From Cystobasidiomycetes sp. EMM_F5 (Eukaryota), in the NCBI GenBank assembly GCA_051047955.1, contig JBPGPT010000011.1, positions 434,001 through 498,000 on the forward strand: a stretch of 64,000 nt of DNA, in the 5' to 3' direction. A program made the position numbers and the translations under genes. Below, piece after piece: positions 46,144 to 59,093 of the stretch. The notes beneath the pieces were generated by a model. It searched no databases, was not told the DNA's origin, and worked only from the letters and a program-made list of their open reading frames with translations. Each line of letters opens with the position of its first letter. Positions within the stretch are counted from its first letter, which is position 1.

Positions 46144-49100
46144 ATGCCCGCGCTCACCACCTGGATTGACATCGAGGACGTCGAAGAAGATGTGGATACA
46201 GTGCAAGATTCCGAGCCAGAGAGGGAGAAGTATGCACGGAATCCACGGACAGTCATCTCTGCGGCCTCGACGAGCAACAGCGTCACAGTTCAGGACGTTG
46301 ATTCAGATATCGAAATTATACTACCCGCGCCTTGTACGTTGAAGCCGCCGCAACCTGCACAGAGCGCAATAATTCCAGATGCAGTCTCAGCTACGCAGGT
46401 GCTCGCTAGGAGGCAGGCAAAGAGGACAGAGAGATTAAACACGGCAGGTGGCGGATTCAGGACGGCCGCTGCAATCCTCAAAGACGGAGAGAAGAGAGCT
46501 CAGAGGGATATAAGTACAGTCTCTCAAACGAGTGCAAGTCGCGCATTCGTGCGCAAAGGCAAGTCACCGCAGCGAGCGATTCATATCTTGGATGTCCCTC
46601 GCACCCAGAGCTCCGAGGATGACAGTATATATACGCTCCCACCTCCCATTTCTCGCATCACACAAGCCATACAACTCGAAGAGCCACCTGTAACGCAACG
46701 GCAACCCGCTCGTTCTCAGTCGTTATCGGACAGTGACCAAGACGAGCCGGAAGTCATCTTTCGCAATCAGCTAAACAAGTTTCGCGCCAAAGAAGACGCA
46801 GATGTTACTGTCTCTAGCAGAAAGTTGATATCCGCACAACCAATCGTACAACGATCACTCTTCGCAGCACAGCCCAAGTCCAAGTCTGCTGGTTCCGCAC
46901 TTAGACGATCTTCCTCTACTTCTGCATCCGAGTCATCCGCAAAATCAACTATACCGACACAGATTGAGATACCAACACCGTATCTCGCCTTAATCACGAC
47001 TTGTCCATGTTGTGAGGAGCCATGGACCGTTACCAAAACAGCAGCCACCAAACTCTCTCACATACGGAAATGCGCAACCAGCCGTGGATTTCTGCAGCAA
47101 ACCATTATGACGCTTGTAGAACGCCAAGTCCGTGCACTCCACGAAGCGGTTGATGGTGAACAACGAAGGATACATGCAGATCGTACCATGTTTGAAGCGA
47201 CAGTCAGTCGAAAAGGTAAAGATGTGACTGTCGTTGGTGTCGAGCAGAAGACGCGTCCGGCTGGGCAAAGTACGTCTGATGAAGAAAATCGCAGACCGAG
47301 AGCGGATTCAGAGGCATCGATCTCCGCATCAGCGGATGAAACCGCCGAGACGTTTACTCTTAGCAAGAGAAAGACAGTATCGGCTCCTGTCCTATTCACG
47401 CAGAATGGGAGTGCCCTGTCTCAGGCTACTAGATCTCAAGTCCAGAGGGAAGTAGATGGCAAGATCAAGGTCGCCCAACGTATCGCTAGAGGGGACTTTA
47501 TACAAGCGGTACTGCAGCCAAAACATGCAGCAGCTGGTAATAAGATCGTTCTGGAACAACAGGCAAACAAGGCGAAAGCATCGACGGATTCTCCAGTCTC
47601 TGCGCTGCGTAATGTCGCTGCTTCAAATGGTATCGGAAGCAAGAATTGGAAGAAGGCTGAGGAACTGCTTGCTAAATCTGCCGCTGCAGCCAGAAATGGG
47701 ATCGCGGAACCGAAAGCTGTCAAGACCTTTGGAGTGCCGGAAAGTCCTTTGAGCGATGATGGCCTACAGTCCTCTAGTGACCGTATACCACGGCGCAAGA
47801 CGGGAAGATTGGAAAATTATGCTACTTCTCGATATAGACTGGCAGAACGCGCAAAGCAAGTGTGTGCGATGAGAGCAGTTGCACCTTTGGCTGCTGCAGC
47901 CTCCGTAATTTCGGCAGGTGGCGGTAGAAGCAGTTCTTACCTCCAATTTGCACAGAGGTCCAGGGCACAGAGCGCTAGTGACAAGTCGGATTCTGACTCG
48001 CTCGACGAGGCAACGGCACATCCACACGAAGCAAGTTTTGTAAGACCATACCAGCGCACGGACCGCCTCTCCCGATCATATATCGATGCAGCGGCGTATG
48101 CGGCCCGACAGCTAGACTATAACGCAGTAGCTCTTGCAGGCAGTGTCGCAGATACGGTCGTGCACCGCTTCGTGGTGAGTTGTGACAGGCTTGGACTGAA
48201 TATATGGGCTAGCTAATTTCTCATGAATACAAGTCTGCTTCTTCGCATGTCTCCCCGTCCCGTGCTATCGGTGCAACGACGTCCTCACTCGTTGGCGCAT
48301 TGTCTCGGATAAACCTGGCTGACTCTCCTTCGCGTTCCTCATCACCTTCCCGCTCATCAAACGGGACAACCCATCTTGGATTTCCGTTATTGATCAATGG
48401 AATCTCGACATCCCCCACCCGGTCTCGTGGACTTGTGGTCACCCTACCGTCTATGTCCCGGTCATCCGCAACTTCTGCCACAATTGTTCCGATGCAAACC
48501 ACGAGCAGCTTAAGCGCACCTATTTCGACAAGCACGAGCCGCCAACCTCAAAACGGAGAGTCATCGACCTCAGCGGCGAAGACTAGTTCCACGCAGGCGG
48601 AACAGCCAGCAGCGGCGTCAACAGCCGCAAGCCTTCAAATACTGACGTCACGCATGCAAAACTCGACAGCAAGCTCGAGGATAGCAGACGCTCTCCGCAA
48701 AGCGCGGGAAGAAAAGTCGCGAGCTTCTGCCGTAGCCCTAGCCAGCACCTCGATCCAGCAGATTCGCCAGGCATCAACCTCACGGAAGCCTAAATCTGAT
48801 GACGAAGGATCCGAAACCAGCTTGAAGGGTAAAGGTAAACGTGCTAGTGTCAAGAAGGAAGAAGAGACATCGGACATCGACTTGGATGGTGTGCTGAAAT
48901 TGCATCGCGCTAAACGTGCTTCAGGACAGACTAGCGTGAAGAAAGAAGGCAATGACAATGCTGTCATGCTACTATCTTCTTCGCCTTCCTCCGACGAAAT
49001 TCCTCTGAAACAAACAAAATCAAAGCATGCTGAGACGGCTGCGACTGCCCCGTCTCCCAAGCGCAAGAAGACGGCATCGTCTGCTGATGAGGCTGATACT

Positions 49101-50201
49101 GCTGCCAAAGTCTCCGGAACCAAGCTCAAGGGCAAGACGCCAGCACTCGAAGTCGGTATCCTGGCTGCAAATGGCAGCACCAGTACAAGCGCGATACAGC
49201 CGACACTTGCCTTGAAGAAGGTCAAGAAGGCGGCATCCAAGGTGGCTTCTCCGAAGAAGACGAAATCAGGTACTTCGCCCCGCAGAACTATCAGTCCGCA
49301 CAAGGTGACCAGTCCAAAGTCGCCGCGGAGAGGTAAAGGCAGAACTAAAGGCAGACCGAAAGCCAAAGGACCTGCTCAGACTGCGAGCGCAGTGATGCCG
49401 GACTACGAGAGCTGGGAGAAGGAAACTCTCCAGGCTGAGACCGCAAGATATGGCTACAAAGCCGCAGGAAGCAGGAAAGTTTTGGTCGGGCAGCTCGTCC
49501 GAGTCTGGCGGGCTTTACACCCTGCTGAAGCCGCGGCGATGGACGCTGCTCAGGTTACAGCTGCTGAAGGGAGCGAAGGCAATGAATCAGATGACGCATC
49601 GTGCGGGAGCAGTAGTGCTCAAAGTACGCCTCAAAAGAAGCAGCGCACTCGCAAAGAGCCAGCACTGGCACCGTGGAAACGCAAAGGCAAAGGCAAAGCT
49701 GGGACAATAGCCGACGCTGAGCAGGAGGAAGCCGCACCACGTCGGCGAAGACGGTCATCTAGTGCAAGTTCTCGAAGCTCGCGAAGTGATGATCTCGCCA
49801 TCCCGGAGGAATCGATCAATGACATCGAGTCTGAGAGCGAAATGAAGACAGCTGGTGACCGACTTCGTGAAAGAGTCCTGGCCAACCAGACTCTTTACAT
49901 GCGACTTTTGCGCTACGAGGTGAGATTTAGCGTAGTGCGCAGCTCTGATGGACGTTATTTGACCTTGTGCTATCATGCAGCCCATCTGCTTCACGGACTT
50001 TGAAGAGCTCGCTACGGCATCCAACATCAAGATATCGAAGGTAGCACTTCGAGATTGGCTGGATAGCCAGTCGATTATTTTCTGTAAGTTCAGCACACAA
50101 GACGGCAAGAAGTGGCCCATATTGATGGTTATTATTCAGATTACCCACAGGATACTGGTCGGAATGCTAGCAGGCAAAGTAAAACGCGCACACGACGTTA
50201 G
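46144..50201 (+). CDS. SLX4: Structure-specific endonuclease scaffold Slx4
   Basis: CPCC...HIRKC zinc finger; SAP-like MPDYESW...RYGYK...LVRVW; C-terminal LYMRLLRYEPI...LRDWLDSQSIIF. Intron 48175-48233 joins the two long ORFs in frame. Confidence 0.85.
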
Positions 50202-50319
50202 CGGCACTGTAGGGATATCTCGCGAGTCTAGTACCAGACCGAGTTATCTTGCTGGGCCGTTACCGCTTCTTGGACTGTTCAGCATAGGGTTCTATCTGTC
50301 ATTGTCGATGCTATCAATC

Positions 50320-52340
50320 TCATAATGCAAACTGAAGATCTGCCACTTCGAACACTCCCCCGACCAAATGCAGGCTGCCAGCCACGAGCACATCGGTCCC
50401 CTTTTGTGCGTCTTGCACATTGACCTGAGCGATTACATCGACGGCATGTTGAATTGACGGCAAGACCTGGACTTGGGTAGTTGCACTCGCGTGAGATGTC
50501 TGATTGCTCGCTAGCTTCTTCCAAGCGTCCGCTAGTTCGTGCTGGACCGTGAGCTCCTCTATTGACTTCTCGTCAGCGGCCTTCGAGAGCAATTCTTGCA
50601 ACCGGTATGCACGTTAGCTATAGAGTCTTGGTGTCCGGAGTGGTATGATTTATTCACCTCCTTTGGATTCTCCAGATGTATACGTGACATTAGTGCAGAA
50701 GATGATATGCTCGAACAAAGGACTTTCATCGGTGGGCTGGGCGGTCGATCGAGACTTGTGCATCGCCTCTGTGAGGCTTCCTAGAAGGCTTTCCGCACTT
50801 CGGCCGGATGTGCAATTAAACACCAAGACTCGTCTGTTTCTCCTGTATTAAATCACATTCAGCTCGGATGTATCTCTGTGGTCCAAATGAAATGAAGACT
50901 TGCGAGGCTTGTGCGGCAGTAACTTGCATGAACCATTCTGCGCAGCAAGTGAGGCTTTCAACCGTATGCGCGCCGTCTAAATGCCATGTCACGCCCCTCC
51001 GAGTGTCGGACTTGTCTGCGACCGATTGACACCTGCCTGGCCAGCGTGTGGCTTCTAGACCCTCTCGAAGCACGTCCGGTATGCTTTGATGCTGTCGATT
51101 CTCTTGCATTGCATCGTTCGGGTTGCCGGAAGCTGAACGCGGGGAGTCGAGAGGCAAAAGATCCTTGAATGCTGATGGTAGGGAAGGGGAAGATAGCAAT
51201 GATTGCACTAGTGCTAGTGCCAACGATGCATTTGATCGCTGATGAATGCCAGCAAGACCGAGCTTGATGTCCTGCATTCCTGAGTGCTCTTTTACGACCG
51301 TCAAGCTTGCGGCCTGTTGTAATGTTTTGGCTGTCAGACTGTCCACCAGCACATGCCATAGTTTAGCTCACCTGCTTGTCTGTAGCGGTCTTCTCTAGGA
51401 CAGCCAGCGCGCTCGCAGGCTGTTCAACAGTAAGGGCAGGAACGCCTTGCTTGTAAATTCCCGCTTTCTGGGCAGCAATCTCCTCGATTGTATTACCGAG
51501 CACAAAGACGTGATCGATACCCAGCGCACTGATACCTGTCGTTATCGGCTTGGGCACAATGTTTGTCGAATCGTGCATCCCGCCAATCCCGACTTCGAGA
51601 ATTGTAGCATCCACCTTTTCTTGCATAAAGACGTGGAACGCCATGGCTGTCAGATAGCGAAAGTAGGCTGGCTTTTCCGGGCATCGTTCCTTGACTCGAG
51701 GCTGTAGCCAACGACTCAGCCGTTTTGTGCAGTACCGTTGCCGCCGATAGGACTTACCTCTTGATTCTGCTCAAACCTGTCCCAGACTTCGAAAAAGTAC
51801 TTTGTGAACAAGTCTTCTGATATAGGTTTGCCATTGATGCGGATCCGTTCTCGAACTGCAACCATGTGCGGTGATGTATACAGTCCTATTCTGGCGTTAG
51901 GAGCTAGGGTCGTGAGCATGCTTGAGCAAAAGGCGGACGTAGATCCCTGAAGATGGCAACTCAATAGCTGGCATCGCTGTAGTACTGGCAGTTCTTGACC
52001 CTACCTTTCCCTTCGTGCCGGTGATGTGTAGGACATTGAGCCTGTTGAGATCCTCTGGCTGGCGGGAGATGTCTGCCTGTTACACAAGTCGAGGATTGTG
52101 ACCATACGAAGCGCACCTCGTATCCGATACGCTTGACATAGTCAATAAAGTCTGGGATCTGATAAGGGTCCATCCTCCGGCCCTGTGCCCGGACTGCTGC
52201 GACGGTCGCTGCATTTGACTGGAATCAGTGTCAGATGGGTTATTAGGATGTTTGCGAACAACATCCTTCAAGCTTTCCTGCAGCGAGTTTAAGCATTCTA
52301 TCGCATCTTTGTATGACCTCGCTCGGCCGTCTGTCGACAT
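50320..52340 (-). CDS. MET7: Folylpolyglutamate synthase
   Basis: LNVLHITGTKGKGST, GLYTSPH..VRERIRING, ILEVGIGG..DSTN, KAGIYK, RWPGRCQ, LDGAHT, GSLHLVG. Upstream in-frame ATG at 52418. Confidence 0.95.
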
Positions 52341-52536
52341 TTTCGAAATCTGAAAAAACGGCTTTGTTCCAGAAAGTGGCAGCGTGCGGATTGCCAGCCA
52401 GCCGAGTGCAGCATACATGTACGGGCATGGATTGCGAATAGCTCGTTGGATGGGAGCGGTGCGATCAGGACATATTGACGCGTCAAGTGGGCCATATTTC
52501 AACTCCGCATCAACTGCGACAACTGCGCATGCAGCC

Positions 52537-53973
52537 ATGTCCAAAGCCATGGCAGCTCGTCTGGAGCGCCGTCTGAACGATATACGGACGAGTATTCCTG
52601 GAAACGACCGGTGTGCCGAGTGGTCAGTGGTCAATGAGCTGGCTGTTGGGTGGGCTGAGCTGACAATTCAAATGCCCAGCAATGCTGCCCAACCTCGCTG
52701 GGCTAGTGCAAACCTGGGCATCTTTCTGTGCGTGAGCTGCGCGACCATCCACCGGTCACTCGGCAGCCATATCAGCAGGGTAAAGTCGATATCCCTGGAT
52801 ACGTGGGACAAGGACCAGGTGGAGACCGTAAAGCAGATGGGAAACGTAAAGTCGAATGCCCTGTACAATCCAGACCCAGCAGCGCATCCGCCTCCCTTAA
52901 ACATGGACGACGACGGCAGAAACTCGGCAATGATGCTGTACATTCAGAGCAAATACCGCGACAAGGCATTCATGCGACCGCAGCAGCAGTCGCAATTTGG
53001 ACAGGGTTCCTATTCCTCGTCTAAACGTCCCACACAGAGTATCGACAATGGCTACAAATCAGGCACAGTCGACAGCGACAGGTCCATGGCACCGCCCAGT
53101 CCAGTCACACCGGCACTCACCTACACGTCCTCTCAGTCATCCTTCTCCTCCACGGTATCACGCCAACCGAATGAAGTTGCCTCGCTATGCCTAGTCTCTC
53201 CAGTATCATCGCAGCAATCGTATGCGAGTTTGGGCAGGGTACAGGCAACCGACCGAGCAAACACTGCTCCACTTCCTGATGTCCCGAGAAGAGAGAGTCC
53301 GGTATCATTACCGACACATGTCCACCATGCGAATGCACACTACAACCCATTCAATCGTCAAATGACGGCCTCTGCTGTGATCCCTTCGACAAAGGTATCG
53401 TACGATGCCTCACTAGCGCCCGCGCACACTGTCTCGCACATGCATCCATACAATACAGTCGCAATTTCTGCACAGGCCATGCCCAGTCAGAGGCCGTGGT
53501 CTGCGCACACCGTTACGCAAGCCGAAACTGCGTCTGTACAGCATCAATCAGACGTCTTTGCAGATCTAGCCGGTCTGGCCATATCACAGCCTTCGCAGGT
53601 GACCGCGCTAGCGACTTTCGTTGCACCTCCTGCTCTTGTCGCTACACCTACCGGTAATCCCTTCTCGAACGGTCTCCGTCCCGCTTTCGTACCCACGAGC
53701 TCATTTGGCCAAAGTTTAGCTAGCAACATGGCAGGTCAAGCTTCAGTTAATCCATATGCCTCCTTCATGTCCGCAACAACGACTCCCTCATCCACAACGC
53801 ATCTTCAAGCTCAACCTACTGGCTTTGTTTCTCGAAACCCCTTCCTCAATGCCGGTAATGCGCTTCACAAGCAAGCTCCTTCTGCTCCTGCGCCTGTCTG
53901 GCCTGTGCAATCTTCCTTCAACCCAGCAACAACGTACTCGCACGTCAACGTACGGTATCCCAATGGGTCTTGA
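52537..53973 (+). CDS. ArfGAP (Age2/SMAP-like) with NPF and PTG motifs in the tail
   Basis: After removing intron 52623-52679: [51 protein letters not shown]...YIQSKY. Confidence 0.92.
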   Translation: [478 protein letters not shown]

Positions 53974-54220
53974 TCATCCACCACGGCAAAGTATTTGCAC
54001 CTGCATGTGATGAACAGCCATGCTACTGTTTCAGCTTGCACGGACATTGTTCTGAACTCTAAGCGCGTCATCAGCGCAGTCACAAATTGTTGAATGTTAT
54101 ACGTATGCACCGCCTGCATTACCTCCTGTATCTCAGTACACTGTTCCGCTACTTTCGTCAACAACACGCATGCCGCACATTCCTGGCATGCAATATATGC
54201 CCATGCATGTGTAGACTAGT

Positions 54221-57200
54221 CTAGTGCTTGATCTCTAGGGTATCAAGATGCTCTGCATTGGCTGCATGCTCGTCGGCAGCTTCACGATCAGCCTTGCTCT
54301 TTGCGATATTTTCCTTGCTTGCTAGCAACTGCGTAAGTATCTGTACGAAGAAACTTTAGGACAGTGACCACATATATGACGTTTCGCGAGCCTACAAAAG
54401 TGGTAAATCTAACGTCCGTCCAGTATGATGCGTGCGAAAGCAGCATGTCGTAGTATTGTGAGAAGCCCTCGGATTGCAAATCAAAATCGATAGATCCTTG
54501 CGGATTTAGCGCTAACATTCGTGCTTCGGCCCTCTCAAAACGCCGGAGTCCATCTTTGTCCAGCTCGGACGTAAGCTGCCTCTTCGTCTTTGGCCGCATT
54601 GGCATGGCGGGTCGTTTCGGCTTGATGTCTTCTTCTAGCGTTCTCTGTTCTGCGCTTTTACCGTCGTCACCATTGTTCTTTGCCAATTCTGCATCGTTTT
54701 TGCGTGTATTGCTGGCGGAAGCAGCCGTTGAAGATCCAAAGGACGGTATTGACGGCATCAGACTGCCAAGGAAATGACTGACTTTGGCAGTGTAGTCGGC
54801 AAACATGGAAGAAGTGACGGAGCTGATATGGACGGGCTTGACAATCTTTGCATACTCTGCATCGACACATGCGTTGAGGCAGCATGCAAATGGATCAAGC
54901 ACGTTGTATATATTGTATATTGAGTCGATCGCCATGCACCCGTCTGAGCTGACATTCAGCTCAGTGCATGAAAATTGAGGGTAATCTCGTCACTTACATT
55001 TGCCCACGCGATCGAGCGCAATTTCAGGCGGGACATTTTTCGTTCGTTCCCGACCTTGCCTGGCTATTAATTGTGCACGATTAAGAAAGAACTAGAAATT
55101 GACACATTAGATGAATATACGGTGCATAGTGTAATGACTCGCCATGTAGCCGACCGGCGATCCAAGGAAAAATAACGATGAGACATTAAACCTGCAGAGA
55201 AATTTGTTTATTCATTATCGTCGACCGTACATCCAACATCGGCTGTCGATTCAGATCAAAACTCACAATAATTGTTTATCACTGCGCTGCTCGTCCGGAG
55301 GCAGCTCAGACATATCCTTCACCCAGGTCGGCTGTCTAGAAAGAATATCGGTTGCCAACGCGGTGCCAAGCGAGTGCGCTGCCGGACATGCAGTCAGCAC
55401 ATAGGCCACGTAGAGTTTCAACGAAGACAATGCTACCGATGATGGAAACTCTGCCATTGAAATTTGGGTTCCGTTGGCGGAACAGGCGATAAATCCTGTT
55501 GGCATCGCGTATCACTGCCGCCGTCATCTTGTCTCGATGATGTCTAGAGTTCGTTATTAATGGCGACAGAGATACTTTAGAGCCGGACTGGACCCACGAC
55601 AAGTAGAAGCCCAAATCCATGGCGACTCCAGTCATTAATGACCTCACGAAAGGTATGGCTCGATAGATAACGTAGTCTCAGCCTCGGTCAGTGCAGTAAA
55701 TATCCGTGCACACCTCCTTGTACTTGTATGTCCTTCAGTGCAAACCTGTTATCCAACTGAGCTGATCTGTCGTCTTCGTCTCCCGTCATCTCGTCAAATT
55801 GTAGTGAGGTCCGCCATTGCAACGGGCTGAGAAACGATTGTGACAGGATAAGCAAAAACAGGGATTAGGATCAAATCCATTACGCCTATCTCAAGAATGC
55901 TCACATGAATTGTAAGCGTTTGTTGCCGATGACCTGTGCAAGCTCAGGATCGCGAGATTGCTTGTTGCAGATCTTGCGCATCTGATTGATTGCGTGCACA
56001 ATATTAAAGGAATCGTACGTTGTAGCGAGCTATGGAGAGACACATCAGGTGTGAAGCAGTATCGGGCACTCTTCGCCCATCGCACCTTTTGTCCAATACC
56101 ATGCACGATCAGGACCAATTCAGCCAACTCCTGTTCTGCCTGCCCATCGTCCGGTGACTTTGTATCTTCCATAGCTTCGGCTGTTGTATTGTCATCCCCG
56201 GCTTCCACTTCGTCCGCGTCGTTTGTTGCTGAGATTTTTGACTTTGAGCTGTATGCTAATGAAAACAAGCTCGATAAACCGCTCTTTGACTTCGTAGCCG
56301 AAGCTTTGGCGGGAGAAGAAGGAAGACTGTCTGTTGCATGCTCTGAATCACTATCAGATACGCCATGCTCTGCAGCAGCAGCTTCTGCCTTCAAATTCGC
56401 GATGGACTCTTTCGTACGAGGGCCTCCGCTAGCCTCGTCCTTCAGCTGTTGCTTTCTTGCTATTGCCTTCTTCTTCTTTTCCGGCAAATGGTCTTGTAAT
56501 ACGTCGTATCCTCTGTACACCAGAGCTGTAGAGCTTGAATCATGAGACCCGCCTTTAGCGTTGAGATGACTGCAAAGCACATACTGCCACCACCAGTCCC
56601 TTTGTCTCGTATAAAGCTGGTCAAAAAGGATTTTGATAGTCTAGCCGGCAGATTACGAGCGTACAATCTCGCGCTAGTCGGACCCTGAAAGATGACATCG
56701 ACACCTACTTCCGGCAAGTAGTGCTTGAGTTTGGTCTCGGCGTCTGCCCCGATTTCAACTGCGCTCTTGAGTTCGTCTGCGTAGGATGCCTCGTACGGAC
56801 TAATCTCATGGTACGCTTCTTCCAGATGGTGCGCTAGCAGAGGGTCAAGGGGATAGAATTTATGGACCGAAGTGGAAGGGTAGAACCATGTCGCACGCTG
56901 TATCCCGACACGTGCTATTGTAGGCAGAGATGTCGCTCAGCGGACTAGAGGTTAGTGTTGAGCCGGCGCACGGACCTCCTTTCCAGAAGACAGGGTATAG
57001 AGATAGGGCTGGTGGGTCTACGTCAGCCACGATGACTTGATACGACAATCACAACCCACAAAGCAAATCCGCGCTGAAGAGATTGTCTTGCGAGACGTGC
57101 ACGATGTGAGGTTGCTGCTCCTTCTCTGGATCTGCAATATACGATTCTTGCGCGCGCTCTTTGGCCTGGTCTTTGTCTTCGCTTTCCTGTTCCGCCTGAT

Positions 57201-57681
57201 CTTGCGCATCCTTCTTGCGACTGTCTGTAGATTTCTCGTCGCTCTCTGGTGTAAATGTAGAATTCCTGCGACTCGACGGTGCACTACTCTTCCCAGACAT
57301 GCTTGATGTTCTCGATTTCGGCGTCGTCATTTTCGCTTTGCTCGTCCACGCCTTCTCTCTGGCCTCTTCGTCCAGCTTCTGCCATGCCGCTTCCAGTCGT
57401 TGATTCTCGCTTTCCGAGAAACTCCTCCACGCTGTCCCGCTGCTTCCTGACGTCTCGTTTGATGCTGCACCGTTCCCGCCGTTACTGTTGGAAGGTCCAG
57501 CAAGTGGCAGGGAAGTCAGGTCATCCAGAGGCGCTCCACCTGTCCGTCAAGGCAGGATGGTTGCGTTATTTGATCCAGTCAGTCTGTCTATTTTGCAAAG
57601 CTGCGTCACTCGATACTGACCGTGCAGCCAGCGGCATATCAGCGGGGGCGCCTCATCAGAGACTTGAGCAGACGCAGTCAT
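54221..57681 (-). CDS. DDHD-domain intracellular phospholipase A1
   Basis: LVLIVHGIGQK, PLQWR, RNPNFNGRVSIIAHSLG, FFLGSPVG, IYNIY..LDP, LNPQGSIDF, HASYW. Confidence 0.9.
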
Positions 57682-57863
57682 GGTCGAGTACTGGGACGCA
57701 GACTTGTTAATCAGTTTCCAAAACAGCAAGCAAGCGTCGACATCAACGTCAGAGCAATTCCCCTATTCTTGCAATGAAATGGACCTGAAAACGTCAAAGG
57801 CCATGATAACAGCACAATCGCAGCTTGGAAGCACACTGACGACGGACAAACGATATTCCAACC

Positions 57864-59093
57864 ATGACTGATGCTCTTCTCTCTGATGCAGCAGTCAGAG
57901 CTGGACTGGCGACTTCAGCGAATGACTTGCGGCTATCCGGGAATACACTGAGCAACACGACAAACGGCAGACGGTACTTCGCCAAAGCAGACAGTAACGT
58001 CTCGCAGATCCTCGGAGAAGCAGAAGGGCTCAGTCGAATGCAAAAAGCTAGTCCTGGCATATGCCCTGAACTCTACATGGCGGAAAAGGTCAAGGATGGT
58101 AACGGATTAGACAAGGCAGTATTCATCTCCGACTATGTCGACCTAGGAAGCAGCTCTACCCAAAGCCTGCGTCACCTCGCCGAGAAAATGGCAGACGAGT
58201 TGCACAATCCTGAAAACCACCAAGCGGTCAAGATGTATGGCTTTCCGGTCCCTACACACTGCGGCGTAACTGAGCAAGATAATAGCTGGGAGTGAGTTTT
58301 CCAGTCTTTCTACAGTCAGAGCACTGTGAGCATCGACTGATGAGCTTGTCGACAGGAGCGACTGGATGGTCTTTTACCGAGACCGTCGAATAGGAGACTT
58401 GCTGAAACAGATAGAATCCAAGCGGGGGAGCTCATCGGCTTCACTGTTGACACTTGGAAAAGAAGTGCTAGACAAGTAAGCTGTATAGCAAACAAGGCAG
58501 GTCCTGAGTAGCAGACATCCACTAACGCATCACTCTCGCTGTCGCAGGGTCATTCCCAAATTACTCACTTCGTTTGAGCCTCCTCCGCAACCGGTACTTG
58601 TGCATGGAGATCTCTGGTCTGGTAACGTAGCTACGGATAGCCAGACTGGCAGGCCTGTCATCTTTGACTGCTCAGCGTACTACGGACACCACGAAGCCGA
58701 TTTTGGCATATCGCAAATGTTTGGTCGTGAGGAGCGATACATGAGCGAAATGGAGATGGAAGCGATGCTGATGTGAATCACGATTAGCCTTCAATAAAAC
58801 CAACTTTTACGACACGTACTATGCTCTACGCCCGCCTTCGCAGCCGTACCACGAGGAGCGCTTGCAGCTGTACGAGCTGTACCATCATTTGAATCATTTT
58901 CTGATGTTTGGAGTGAGTGCCGAATGACGGACTCGGAGAAGGTCGTATGAGCTGATCTACAAATCTGTCGTCACCTTTCACCATCTGTACATACTCTACA
59001 CGCGCCTTCGGTATCTTTTCGGTAAAGGCCGGCTACGCCAGTGGAGCGACGCGTATAATGAAGCAGCTCCTCGAATGGGCGGAAAAGACGTGA
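57864..59093 (+). CDS. Fructosamine-3-kinase family (ketosamine kinase)
   Basis: [57 protein letters not shown]. Confidence 0.93.

Noticed and set aside
48635..49366. 243-aa antisense ORF within SLX4 (and similar shadow ORFs in RPN2, RhoGEF and DDHD)
   Set aside because: Typical antisense shadows of low-complexity coding sequence.
40851..50201. HEI10 and SLX4 as a recombination gene cluster
   Set aside because: Separated by unrelated DmpA and thiolase genes; proximity is probably chance.
54165..54225. CATG/TGCA-rich short palindromes, including TAGACTAGTCTA, between convergent ArfGAP and DDHD ends
   Set aside because: Too short to support a structured RNA or transposon end.
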